DNA of 64,000 nt. Origin: Massalongia carnosa. Lineage: Eukaryota. Under the pieces are notes generated by a model that did no database searches, had not been told where the DNA came from, and saw only the letters and a program-made list of their open reading frames with translations. Below are positions 1-11,134 of this stretch, piece by piece. The DNA is taken from positions 1,612,001 through 1,676,000 of the forward strand of contig OZ287070.1 of the NCBI GenBank assembly GCA_965645245.1, read 5' to 3'. Position 1 is the first letter of the stretch, and every line of letters begins with the position of its first letter. The translations under genes and the position numbers were made by a program.

Positions 1-2023
1 AGACCGCCTTGTAAAATTCGTCCTTGATGTGGATATCACTCCAACGAAAAGGCTTCAAGAGATTTTTTATGCTCTCAGTCCCTAGCAGTTCGGTCAAACG
101 AACTCGTCGAGCATCAAAAGTGCAGAGAGACCGTCACTCCCTAGAAACCCTCCAAAGTTCGTGGATGTCGGACATCGGGCTGATTTTCCCAAGCCTCCAG
201 CAAGGGCTCTTCCCAAGATCGACTATTTTGGGTTTTGATTGTTACATTTGCACCTATGTAAGACCATGGCTTCCAGCCACCATACTAAAAATTTTCGCGT
301 CAACATAGTGAAAGAGCTTGGAGGCTTTCAAAAAGTGCAAATGTTGATGCTCCTTCAGCTGATGCGTGAATCTATGAATTGAACAACGACATATGTTCAG
401 CATAAGCTTAGGGCTTGTCTATGCCCCAATGAGAAGTCTTTCATTGCCGCTGAAAGTATGTGCTCGAGCATAGGCATGCCATTGGCTAGAGAGCGTAGTA
501 TTATAAGCTTGATTTGCTGTTACATCCTCAGGCTCACTTTCCGAGCTATCTTCATCTCCGATTTGGTCAGCATTTGAAGAATTTCTAGAGGAGAGCCATG
601 GGTTGACTTCCTCAATTGTAGGCGAACTTGAAAAGGTTGAGCTAAAAGGCATCCAGTGTCCTAACCGCTCGTTATCTATTAATTGAGGATGTTCTCCTGT
701 CTTCTGATCCTATGGAATGATTGAACCACTGCCAACGTTTAATTGTAGTATGGATCTGTGAGTCTCGCTATATACTTTCCACATAGGATCCCAGATGTCG
801 GCAAAGACATCTGCTGCCGTCTAGACATAGAGTTCTTCTTGCGCATAAACTGGCTGCAAACTAAAGACCCATGCTTTCACACCATTGAGAAGAGCATTTA
901 AACATTTTAATGGCTGACGTTGAAGTTGAATTAGGTGTAAAAACGTTTTGATGTGCGAAAATTTCCCTTCGCTCCCTATTATTTTTTCAGGAAAAGAGTC
1001 AACATGTGCGCCAGCATAAACCAATATAGCAAGGTCCAACAGACGCACAGTTTCATTCCAGCATATGGAACATTGAGTGGTTGAAGCATAGTACTCGATA
1101 AAAACAGTGTGAGACGGACGTGGCGATAAATGCAAAGATGATAGTAGCTTTTCACAAGCCACTGTCAAAGGCCTTACAATGTAATGCAAGTCCAGTTCTT
1201 CTTGATTCATATCATCTATAAAACGGACAGCGTTGTCAAACATCTGTGTTAGAGACTTAATGTTCTCAATCGGGATGGATAGTAAATTAGCAACTCGTGA
1301 ACGAGACTGATCAATTGCCAAAATGCTGAGATGATCTTGAATGAATATAGATAGATCTTTGAAGTCGCCGGATATCTGAAAAAGCAGCCACGATTATTTT
1401 CTGATAAACGTTCAAATCACTGACGATGGCTAACTGGAAAGTCGTGTGGAGATTGATCATAGGTTCATTGTTGTTTGCAAATAATTGAACATGAACCGAC
1501 TCCTTGCGCCAATCTAGAATTTCCAAGTCAACCGCTTCTGGGCAAGGGAGAGGTTTCCCTGATCTTAAGGATAAAGCAAGAGCGGAGTACTTGTAAACGT
1601 CATATATAAGATTTCTGAGCACAGAGTTTCTTGTAATACGCGCGAGGATTTTGGAGGTATGTTTGGCTCGTTTCAGATACTCCAGGTCGCTAGTATTCTC
1701 TTCCTGCGGATTTTATGTCCTCCGTTGATCATCTATGAGCTCTTCAAATAAGCTATGTTCCTCCTTGCTCTTGAACAGGAGCAGAAGTTGCACTGTTCGG
1801 TAGAGAACTTCATAGGCTCTTCGCTGCAATGACCACAGAACCACTGAGGACGGTGTAACTTCAGAGTTCCGGGCCCAAGACTATGAACCTCCGCCTTTAA
1901 GAATTTTGATCCCAACTGCTTATCTACCATTGGATCATCAGTCTCTTTTGATCGAGACGGGGCAGCCGAAGGTTTGATGCACATCATCTTCTCCGTACTC
2001 CGTTTCTCTCCATTTTCCCTCAT
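1..2023 (-). pseudogene. Disrupted conserved fungal hypothetical gene with an N-terminal Cys4 (RanBP2-like) finger; runs off the window start
   Basis: ORFs 1733-2023, 1311-1622, 821-1321 and 419-652 join into one protein-like reading. It runs through in-frame TAG codons at 821-823, 710-712 and 419-421 (LYV*TAADVFADIWDPMW...VGSGSIIP*DQK...ERLGHWMPF...LLIGA*TSPK), with frameshifts near 1315 and 255. ORF 1733-2023 has WFCGHC...CNFC. Confidence 0.7.
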
Positions 2024-2928
2024 AATAAATCCCCTAATTGATTTATATTTTTCAAATCTACAAAGCTAACTAAACCATCGTCAATCAATCGATCATTAAG
2101 AATGCTATGCTGCTGCACAATCCCACAGCCTAAGTAACCAACTAGTCAGCTAATCCTGACTCGCCGGCCAGACCAAAGACACAGCATCTAACTAGGGGCT
2201 ATGTACCTAGTCACTCCCGGCAGAGGTTCTTCAGATCACCGGCTGTTTATTCTAATTCTATATTAAAATAGCTGTGGCGTTATCGTTAATCACCCGTATA
2301 CTCCTTTCCTGAGAACTAATGAACAAGGTCGATTCTCGAGTTACTGGCACTACTTCATCCAGTATTTATGGGTCTAACCTTCCCTGCATTCCACCTTCAC
2401 CTGGACGAATGAATAGACATTGACGCTGCAAGTTTGTCAAGCAATAGCTAGAGAACGAATAATGTATGCATACATTCTCATTGAGCGTTGATTGGTTGAT
2501 TGCAATCATGAATCTGCCTGCCAACATATGTACCGTGGCATTTCCTATGTACAACAACAGTGTTTTCTTGGTCTCGCCGGGCAACTTCCATTGACCACAA
2601 CCTGGTCTTGGATGCACGTGGCTGATTTAAACCGGAGAACTATCAGAGGCCACCGAGGCTGAGTATCTCATTGTGGGTGCAGAATAAAAAGGAAGCCTTG
2701 GTCCTATTTTGGATAGACAGTGCCTTACGCCCTTCAAGAACGTCCGGAAGTGATGGAATGATTCCCAAATATTTATAGGTTTATTTACAACGAGAAAAAT
2801 CGTAACAAAGACAACATCGATTTAAAATCCATGTGCCCACAACATGTATATCTACAGAGCCCTATAATAAAAGCAGTAGAGCTACAAAACTCGATGAATG
2901 ATGAAAAAAGTAATGGCTAAAATTTTAT

Positions 2929-4098
2929 TCACCCGGCGATTCTCAGGGTTTGTTGTAAAAGTAGTCTCCCCTTGGAGACATAAGACATCTCTTGACCAGC
3001 TGGCCGCTTCATCAGATATTCAACGCTCCTGTGCCGAGATCGGAGAGCGTCGCCAACTAACGAGGCATTCTTTATAACCATCTCCATTGAGATCCGGTTC
3101 ACTAAGCTGCCTAGCCGAAGAGGGCATTGTTGCCGGCACACTTGCTCGTCTGACATGACCCCCGCTAAACCTAGCTTCTAAAAACGAGCCGTTTGACTTT
3201 ATATGACTAAAGAAGAACTCATGCGTTTCATCGGATGAGTTTCTCTCTTGGCACGAAGAGCTTGGTATTTGTGCCAACCCAAGCGTGAAAGACTGCCGCC
3301 GCTTGACTTCTCGCCGATGGGTGCCATGTATGTTACTGCGGGAGATGTGGAGGTTAGCCTGGTGGCTTTCTTCATCGTTTGGTGTCGGGGTGGTGTTTGA
3401 GGGCCTTTCCAATGGTGAAGCGGAGGATTTGAAGGGGATTTGCGAGGGAATGGATTTCTCCAACACTGCGTCCTCACTGAAACGCCAAAGCCTTCCAGTA
3501 CCTTAGATTCTTGAGACCATTCATCGGTTGCCTGGTTGCCTGGCACGTCCGGAATTTGAGGTTGGGGAGGAAGTTCTTCCCGAGACCCCCCTTTATACAG
3601 CTGAATGAGTTCTTGAAGCGTGCGCCTGGTATCTGCTACCGAACTGGTGCTCATCAAATCAGCATCATCTTCCTGCTGATGGAAAAGAAACAAAGCATTG
3701 AATTACCTCACGACGAACGTGTGTGACGCGGTCAACATGATGACCGGGGTAATGATTCGCCCTCTAAGAACTTCGGCCTCGTCTGGGCTCCATCGTACTC
3801 TTTCTTGCCATCGCCTTGAACTGGGTATTGCTAGACTTTGGTATCTTTTTAGAAACTTCTCGAGGTCGACCAAAAGGTCCTTAGATCTAGAAGTGAAGAG
3901 TTGAAGTCCTCTCTTTTGCTCTTCCCTCAATGAGCAATTCTCGAAGGCGTCGTGAGCTTGTTCAAGTATGGCTTGCAATGCCCCTATGTTATCAGAGAGC
4001 CGACTAAAGTCGCCTGGCGATCCCCTGTATTTCTTATACATCAGCCGGGCATGTTGTACAACAAGGGCAATATCGCTCGCGCTGAAACCGATGCTCAT
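2929..4098 (-). pseudogene. Gene with a fungal STAND/NACHT-associated N-terminal helical domain (HeLo-like/SesA-like); probably frameshifted
   Basis: Starts MSIGFSASDIALVVQHARLMYKKYRGSPGDF..., typical of this N-terminal domain family. A GTTCGT...CAG intron (~3644-3719) joins to SVADTRRTLQELIQLYKGGSRE. The reading then appears to shift frame near 3478 (LEGFGVS / EDAVLEK). The 3' end is uncertain. Confidence 0.5.
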
Positions 4099-4750
4099 TT
4101 TCGTTAGTCTCTTCTCTTCACTCGACGCTCGCTGATAGGGGCGTATGCAGAAGGATTTGAAAGATGATCCTTTCTTGCATCTCTCGGTGGAAGCCTGGTA
4201 GTTTACCTCAGACCTCGAGATTGCCCTACTGCGGGGGATCTTGAGGCCTGTTTAGGGGTGGCGCAACCTAGGGTGAGAGGTCGATCCAATTGCTCAGCCT
4301 CATGCGTCAAGAGACAAGAAAGTATAGAAAGATAGATCTTGCTTCTCAGGAATTAAATTTCCCCCGAACCTATCTTAACGAGGCAAAAGCGTTCGATTGA
4401 CAACAACTTTATGACGGTTGTAAATCCGGCCGTTTCCTGATTTCAATACGGAGTTGTAATGGGAGGGCCATCGAGATACTCGACCCAATTAGACGAGTAT
4501 TTCATCTACCTTCATCCTTTCTCTCTCGTTCCTGAGGAGAAGACACTGATTGGAGAAACTCCATCAGTTACGAACTACATCCAATTGGACCAAATTCAGT
4601 GTAATCAGGTCCTTTTCCAAACTCAACCTGTACGTTACTAATATAATACTCAGCATACAGGACACTGAACATGCACATCCATATAGAAACAACAGTGGCA
4701 GAAATAATAGTAGAAGAAAAGATGCTCACTTCGGGTGAGATAGCCCTAAT

Positions 4751-7005
4751 TTGAAGAAACGGTTCCGGGTTGTACTGAGATCGGTCAGGAACGGTTCGAA
4801 CCCTTTGTCGGTACTTGAACGAGACCAAGTGCTGGGGCAAGTTACAAAATTCGTTGAGGAGAAGGGTCTCCAGAAGCATATGCGGCTATTTAAGACGGCC
4901 GCGCTTGTGGCTCATAAACCAGACGACTTTACATCCCTTAATCTCTTTGTCACCTCGCGACTAGCTCAAATCGACACTTCTCTCTGTCTGTTGGAACAGG
5001 AAGAGCTTGAGGCGTTAGAACATGAACATACCAGGAGATTCAAGCACCCTAGAGAATTGTACTGGACGATAGTCGTTTATTGCATTGGTGCCGTCGTTCA
5101 GTATGTCGTTCTTATTCCTTGGTTGGAGTATATGAATATTAAGTTCCTTATAGAGGCTGGGTCCAAGCTGGCCCCAACGGCGCCAACCTCTTCTTCCCGG
5201 AGGATCTCCATATACCTACGTCCAAAAAAGGTCATGCGAGTCGCAATGATTGGTTGGTGGGGTTGATTAAGGCAGCTCCGTACTTCTCGTCTGCATTCCC
5301 GTAAGCCTTATTCTCATCTGTGCGAAAGCCCGGCGCTGAATTTGTGCGATTTAGCGGGATGCTGGCTTGCTGACCCCATCAATTTTTACCTTGGCGTAGG
5401 GGAATAATCACCGCCGCGGCGCTGATTTCCCTGGTGTCTGCAATAATGTCAGCGTTCGTCCAGACCTGGCAACAACTTCTAATCTGTCGACTTATTCTAG
5501 GGTTGGGGATGGGTTGTAAAGCAACCACCGTACCAATTTTTACTGCGGAAAATGCTCCGGCCCCTATTAGAGGAGCCTTGGTAATGGGCTGGCAGATGTG
5601 GGTAGCGTTTGGGCTGTTGCTGTAGGTGAACAATACTCCTTACTCTTATACACCTGATTGAAGTATATCACTTAAGGGAGTGTTCATAAACCTTAGTGTC
5701 TGGAAGGTTCAACCTATAATTTGGCGATTGCAGCTAGCTTCCGCTGCTATCCCTGTGATTCCTCTGCTGTTGGGCATCTACTTCTGCCCTGGTTAGCATT
5801 CTCTAGATTATATTAGGCTGTTGCTTACCTGGTAATGAGAATCTCCGCGATGGTTGATGAAAAAAAACCAATATGCAAAAGCCTTTAACTCCCTTCGCCG
5901 CCTACGAAATACTGACCCACAAGCTGCGCGCGATTGTTTTTTCATCCATGCTCAGCTGAGAGAGGAACTAGCTCTTCAGGAGTGAAGCGGCTATTTCACC
6001 CGACTACTGGGCCTTTTGACCTTAAGACGGAATCGACCGGCCACTCTTGGCGCTTTCACAGTAATGATTTCGCAGTAGATGTGCGGCAGTATGTTGTGAC
6101 CTTTGGCAAGAGCCCTTCGAAGCTAATGCCTTTAAGTCAACGTCGTAACTTTCTTCTCTGCTCTTGTGTCCAAGGATGCTGGAGCTAGTGTTCAAACTGC
6201 TCTGTGGGGCAGCTGGGGCTTTGGCTTGACCAACTTTCTGTAAGCAGGCCATTTGCCTCTCCCCGACGTCACTCTAAACATGCATCTAGCTTCGCCATTC
6301 CCGCTTTGTATACCATTGATACATGGGGCCGTCGTACTTTGCTACTTTTCACCTTTCCTCAAATGGCTTGGACATTGCTTACCGCTGGACTCTGCTCCTA
6401 CATTGGACCTCCTAAAGCCCATGTGGTGTTGGTTGCCTTCTTTGTCTTCTGTTTTACAGCTTTTTATTCCGTCGGCGAAGGTCCTGTGCCGTTTACTTAC
6501 TCGGCGGAAGTCTTCCCCTTAAGCCACCGTGGTAAGCCAGGAATCGGTTTTGTGCTTGGTACCCCTAAGGCTGACTTATAGCGCAGAGCTTGGGATGGGC
6601 TTCGCCGTAGCAACTAACCTTTTCTGGGCCGGCGTCCTCTCTGTTACCTTTCCCACGTATGCTGGCCGTAATGAACGCCCCCAGAGCCTTCTGTTTCTAC
6701 GCGCATGTATCCCAATTCCATAAATTGTGGGCACGTAACTGATCTATTTTCGCGTCTTAGAGGGCTCAATGTCCTAGCTTTCATCATGATCTTCTTATTT
6801 ATGCTCGAGACTAAGCAGCGAACGCTTGAAGGCCTGGACGGGATCTGTGAGAAGCCTTTGTGCAGTATGTAATTCTATTCTGATAACTCTTATAGTTGCT
6901 ATCTCGGTGGAGAAATTCGCTCAGCATCAGGCCATGGAGAACTTTCCATTCTACTTCAAGCGCTGCTTCCACCCTGGACATAATGACAGCAGGCCGATAT
7001 TGTAA
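4751..7005 (+). pseudogene. MFS sugar porter (sugar/polyol transporter) pseudogene
   Basis: Motifs [56 protein letters not shown] and ETKQRTLE. Lesions: 1-nt deletion in LGRRG at ~5393, in-frame TGA at 5983-5985, TAG at 6076-6078 (SQ*MCG for QQMCG), and a 1-nt insertion at ~6653 (FPRML). Probable GC-AG intron at 6703-6760. The 5' end is uncertain and may extend to ~4459. Confidence 0.85.
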
Positions 7006-8024
7006 CACACCGTTATAGAGTACAGCACCAGCCCCTGCCCTATTATGTTTGGAATTATTTGTATGGAACAAAATTAAAAACGAAAACTTTTCTGTAGAAG
7101 GAAGGGTGCGAGGGTTGCTGGGCAGTGATATGAGATGTAACTATCGGCAATAGTGAGTGGACCTTGTTAGGTGGATTGCTAGGGGGTACTCTGGACTTGA
7201 GAAGGATGAGATCTGTAAGGCAGACCTAGAACTAACAGGACTAAGCGACAACTCCTTTAAGTATCCTCCTTCTTCAACGATCCATAGTTTCTGCATGCCG
7301 GAGCTGTCGATGTGGTGATGTAGAAAGCGGATGAATTAACGCGCAGCTTCCCTGTTTAATCCCTTTGAAACAGAACGAAGTAAAATAAATTAGTGTACGC
7401 CTTCTCGGTCTTTGGGGAAACCAACCGCTTCTTTCTGTTCGTTCTCGTTCGTCGGCCACGTCAAGATGAAATAAATACACATCAATACGACGTCATGGGA
7501 GGATAAGATGGTACATAAGTGTGTGTGGGTTATCCGGAAGGATATAGGGCCAGGGGTTTATTTGGGGATTTTGGAAAGGCTTGGACTGGATTGAATTGAA
7601 TTACGACTTGTGTTGCCAAAAAAAATTTTTTTTCGTAGATATTCGAGAACGAAGAGGCCTGGTAACCAGAGCCGAAGGGCAAGATTTGGGGGTTAGAAAT
7701 GTGGGAGGGGGAGAAGTGAAGGGGTCGAAATAGGTATAGAGTTTCTGGGGTAGGATTATAAAATTTGATGGAGGGGATGTGGAAAGGACGAGTAGAAAGA
7801 ATAGGAGACGCCACTTTCCTCGCCTCGTCTGTCCCCTGGCCGGGCTTTTCGACTCATTCTATAGCTGACAAAGACCTCAAATACTTCCATTCCTCGTTGA
7901 AAATAAAAAGAGAACTCACAACAGCGCCTAGCTCTTAAAACAAGCCTCTTTATCTCCAAAATAGTAACAAGAAAAAAATATCATAGAAAAAGGAAAGAGA
8001 AAGTGAAAAAAAGAACAATAATAT

Positions 8025-9518
8025 TCAGAAATCCCGATAGACCGAGCCCGAAGCCGTTAGACCGGTGCCATCTTGGTTGATAAAGTGACCTTTCCACAAG
8101 CCGCCAAAGGCCTGGTAGCAGGCAACGCGAGGGTGAGCGTCGAGATAGGGGAGGAGTTGACGAAGGTATTCGGCCCCTTCCTCGTCGGAGGCATTTAAGA
8201 GCCAAAACTGCCAAGGTTGTTAGTGTCGTATGAGGTGTTTCTTTCGCCTCTATTTAAAGAAAAGGAAACAAACCTCGCCAATACAAACCGGCAATCCTTG
8301 CAACTCCGGGTGTTTTGCCTGCACCGCCGGCACGGTGACGTCGATATAATTCTTCACAGCGGCGACGGCTTGGTCCACGTTGCAATCGGAGCGCGGCACG
8401 TAATGATGGATATTGATTACGTCAAACGTGCAGCCGGAGCAGTAGGTTAGGAAGTTTTCCAGGTATGGCAGACCGCTCGTGCCTATGCCGTTGGTGACGG
8501 CTGGAGTGGCGAGGCCGGCCCCGAGGTTGCGAAGAGGCATCATGTATTTCTGGTAAACGCGGGCGGCGTCGGAGGGGGAGAGATTGGCTTGGCCGGCGTT
8601 GTCAGGTTCGTTGGATCTATTGCGTTGCGAGGAAAGAGGTCAATTTCTTCTTTCTTGCAAGCGGCTCTTAGGCTGCGGTAAGAGGAAAGAGAAGAGGTGG
8701 GGGCGGATGACATACGCGAACACAATCTTCACTCCGCCCTTGATAAGCCCCGTTACCGTGCTGATCCAATTGGTATTCTCTAGGTTTCGGTCGACCACCA
8801 GGGTGGGTATGAAGCCAAAAGATGAATCAAGTGTGGATCCGGTTTCACCCCGGGTGGCATGCCAGTCAGATCCGAAGCTAACCTTTTGGCTGCCGACGAA
8901 GAACTTGCTAAAATCGCTGGATAGCCAGTCATAAACGATACCTCGCTTCCCAGCAAAGGTGATGGGATCCCTTGTGTAGAGGGGAGTGGTTGTTGGGCTG
9001 GTCGAGATATGGTTCAAAGTTTTTGTAGAGACAGGAACCACGGTTATGGACGATGATGGGCTGGTCGAGATATGGTTCAAAGTTTTTGTAGAGACAGGAA
9101 CCACGGTTATGGACGATGATGACTTGGTTGACGAGCTGACTAAGCGTGAATAGGAGGCACTCCCGCTCTTTGTTGGTAAAGGGGTACTCGAGGACTTGGA
9201 GTGCTTGAAGCTAGAGGTAACGACTGATGAGGTTGACAGCGTTGTAGATGAGAAGTGAACAGAAGTGGTCGGCTTTGGGATGGCCGTCAAGGTGAAGCAG
9301 CTGCAAGCGCTAGATATACGTGTGGGTGGAAGTTCCGCTAAATAGTATGGCAGATCTTTACTTGAGCCAGCGAGATACTTTGGGCAGAAGGCTGCTGCCT
9401 CAGTGGAAAACCGTTCGAGTGTACGAGCAGGATTGTCTTGGTAGCAGATAATGGGGGACGATAATACAAGCTGGACGCTCAGCGCCAAAAGAGCAGTATA
9501 TTTCGCTGAGAAATGCAT
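8025..9518 (-). CDS. Secreted GH128-like (Asl1-like) beta-1,3-glucanase with an N-terminal Cys module and Ser/Thr linker; 3 exons
   Basis: Signal peptide MHFSAKYTALLALSVQLVLS and a Ser/Thr-rich linker. The catalytic domain starts KRGIVYDW and has NEPDNAGQANLS, ATPAVTNG, DVINIHHY and IGE|FW. The last exon reads ...YLDAHPRVACYQAFG...GLTASGSVYRDF* with the stop at 8025-8027. Confidence 0.8.
8995..9120. repeat. Perfect 63-bp tandem duplication inside the GH128 linker
   Basis: Unit gggctggtcgagatatggttcaaagtttttgtagagacaggaaccacggttatggacgatgat at 8995-9057 and 9058-9120; encodes SSSITVVPVSTKTLNHISTSP twice. Confidence 0.95.
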
Positions 9519-10491
9519 GGTTTTGACTTCGCCTCGAGCGGAATATAATGAAAATTGAACAAAAGAAGGCGTTTCGACCTAGCAGAATGTTGAGTTGAAC
9601 AAGTATGTGAACGAAAGGACGAGCATATGCTCAAAAGAGAGACTTTTTGCACTTGGAATTGGAGGTCCAACGACGGAAGGGTGTACAGCGACGAAGACAC
9701 CAAGAAATACACGAAAACAGCGACGTGCGAAACTCATCTTATACTGCCTACCTATAGAGTCTGAGTAGTTAGAGATTGTAAAGCCTTGTCAACACCCTCG
9801 CAACGACTCTCGTCCCCGCCCGATGTTCCGGATCATGCATAGCAGGATTCCGTCAGTGCTAAGCACGATCGAGCAGATAGCGAGCACTGAAGGCCATCCA
9901 TCTTGTCACGCCAGGATATTTTCAATGGACACGATTTGAATTAGTGCCTGTGGCGCTCGAAGGCGTAACCGCTAAAGCCGTTCAAGCCAGACCCCTAGAG
10001 GAACTGGAACGAGCCCGGCAGGCACACAAAGCCTGTTCTATCCTGCCTTGTCATTTGACAGCTGTAGCCGGACATGTATGTATGAGTTGTGCATAGATCG
10101 GGCGGGGCCTGAGGAGACACAACAACAACAAGGAGTTCGTGTGTGTGGTTAGACTTGCATATGGTGGGTGGCTTACCAACAGACATGCATCGGGGATGGA
10201 TGAGGGAGAAAGTCAAGTACAGAGTAAACTGTGTGTATCCGTACAGGAGAGAATGCAAGATGCAAGAAAAGCAAAGCAAAGCAAGCAATTGCACTTGGGG
10301 TCCAACCGCCATGGTTGAAGACCTGGTTGATGGGTAGCCTTGCACATGGGAGCTTGTAGCATTCGCATTTGAAGATGCTTCTTCAGAGAAGTATGGTAGG
10401 CTGCTTCGTAATCAGATCTGGAATGAGTTATAATCTGTGTGCGCTGGAGGCAGTTCGAGATCTAGATGTTGATTCTCGACAGCCCGAATGG

Positions 10492-10552
10492 AATGGGTGG
10501 ATTGGGTGGGTTGGATGGATTGGATGGATTGGATGGATTGGATGAGTTGGGA
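10492..10552. repeat. 9-bp minisatellite (TTGGATGGA)n
   Basis: About 6 near-identical 9-mers in the GH128-SUT1 intergenic region. Confidence 0.85.
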
Positions 10553-11134
10553 TACGTCGAGGGAGATTGCGATGAGAAAAAAGGACTTTTAGGGAAGATG
10601 TCGTTTGGCAGGGGGACGAAAGGGTTTAGCGACATGTTTAACCTTATCGTGTATCTGAAACAGGTACACACACTCACGTGATATTATCACTAACTCCACA
10701 CTCTGGAGTCCTAATCCAGATATGTAGCCCTATCTAGCCCTATCTTACTCGGGGAGTCTTATCGAGCTCCCCCACCTAGCCCCCCTCTCCATTGAGGAGG
10801 GCAGTACATACATTGGGAGTTTTACATACAATATTCGGGAGTTGTCAAATATGCGCATATAAAATATATAGAAAGATCCGCCTGCATAGCGAATTACGTA
10901 AATTTGCTTTTTCTAAGCAAACACAATATCCCCGCTTGCGTCAAGGACGTTGAAACACATCGTGCTGAGCAATATCTACCGCTGCCGTACGCCGAAGATT
11001 CCCCTGAATGGAACTGGGAGGGGCAGCAGCACGATAATTGTTAATAGACAGTCTCAGTTTGCTCGCCCATCCCTGTATATGCAAACACCCCGCATGTGAA
11101 TGACGGTTCCTTTTGGAGACCAAGTCGGAAGACC

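Noticed and set aside
419..823. Three successive in-frame TAG codons suggesting stop-codon reassignment or readthrough
   Set aside because: The same gene also has frameshifts and a TAA, and intact genes in the window (ARPC2, U2AF65, cysteine synthase) end in TAG; pseudogenisation is simpler.
4760..4805. GGTTCGAACCC resembling a tRNA T-loop
   Set aside because: No acceptor stem, D arm or anticodon arm could be folded, and it lies at the start of the MFS pseudogene.
10466..10681. ORF with GLD repeats
   Set aside because: It is the translation of a 9-bp minisatellite; there is no other coding evidence.
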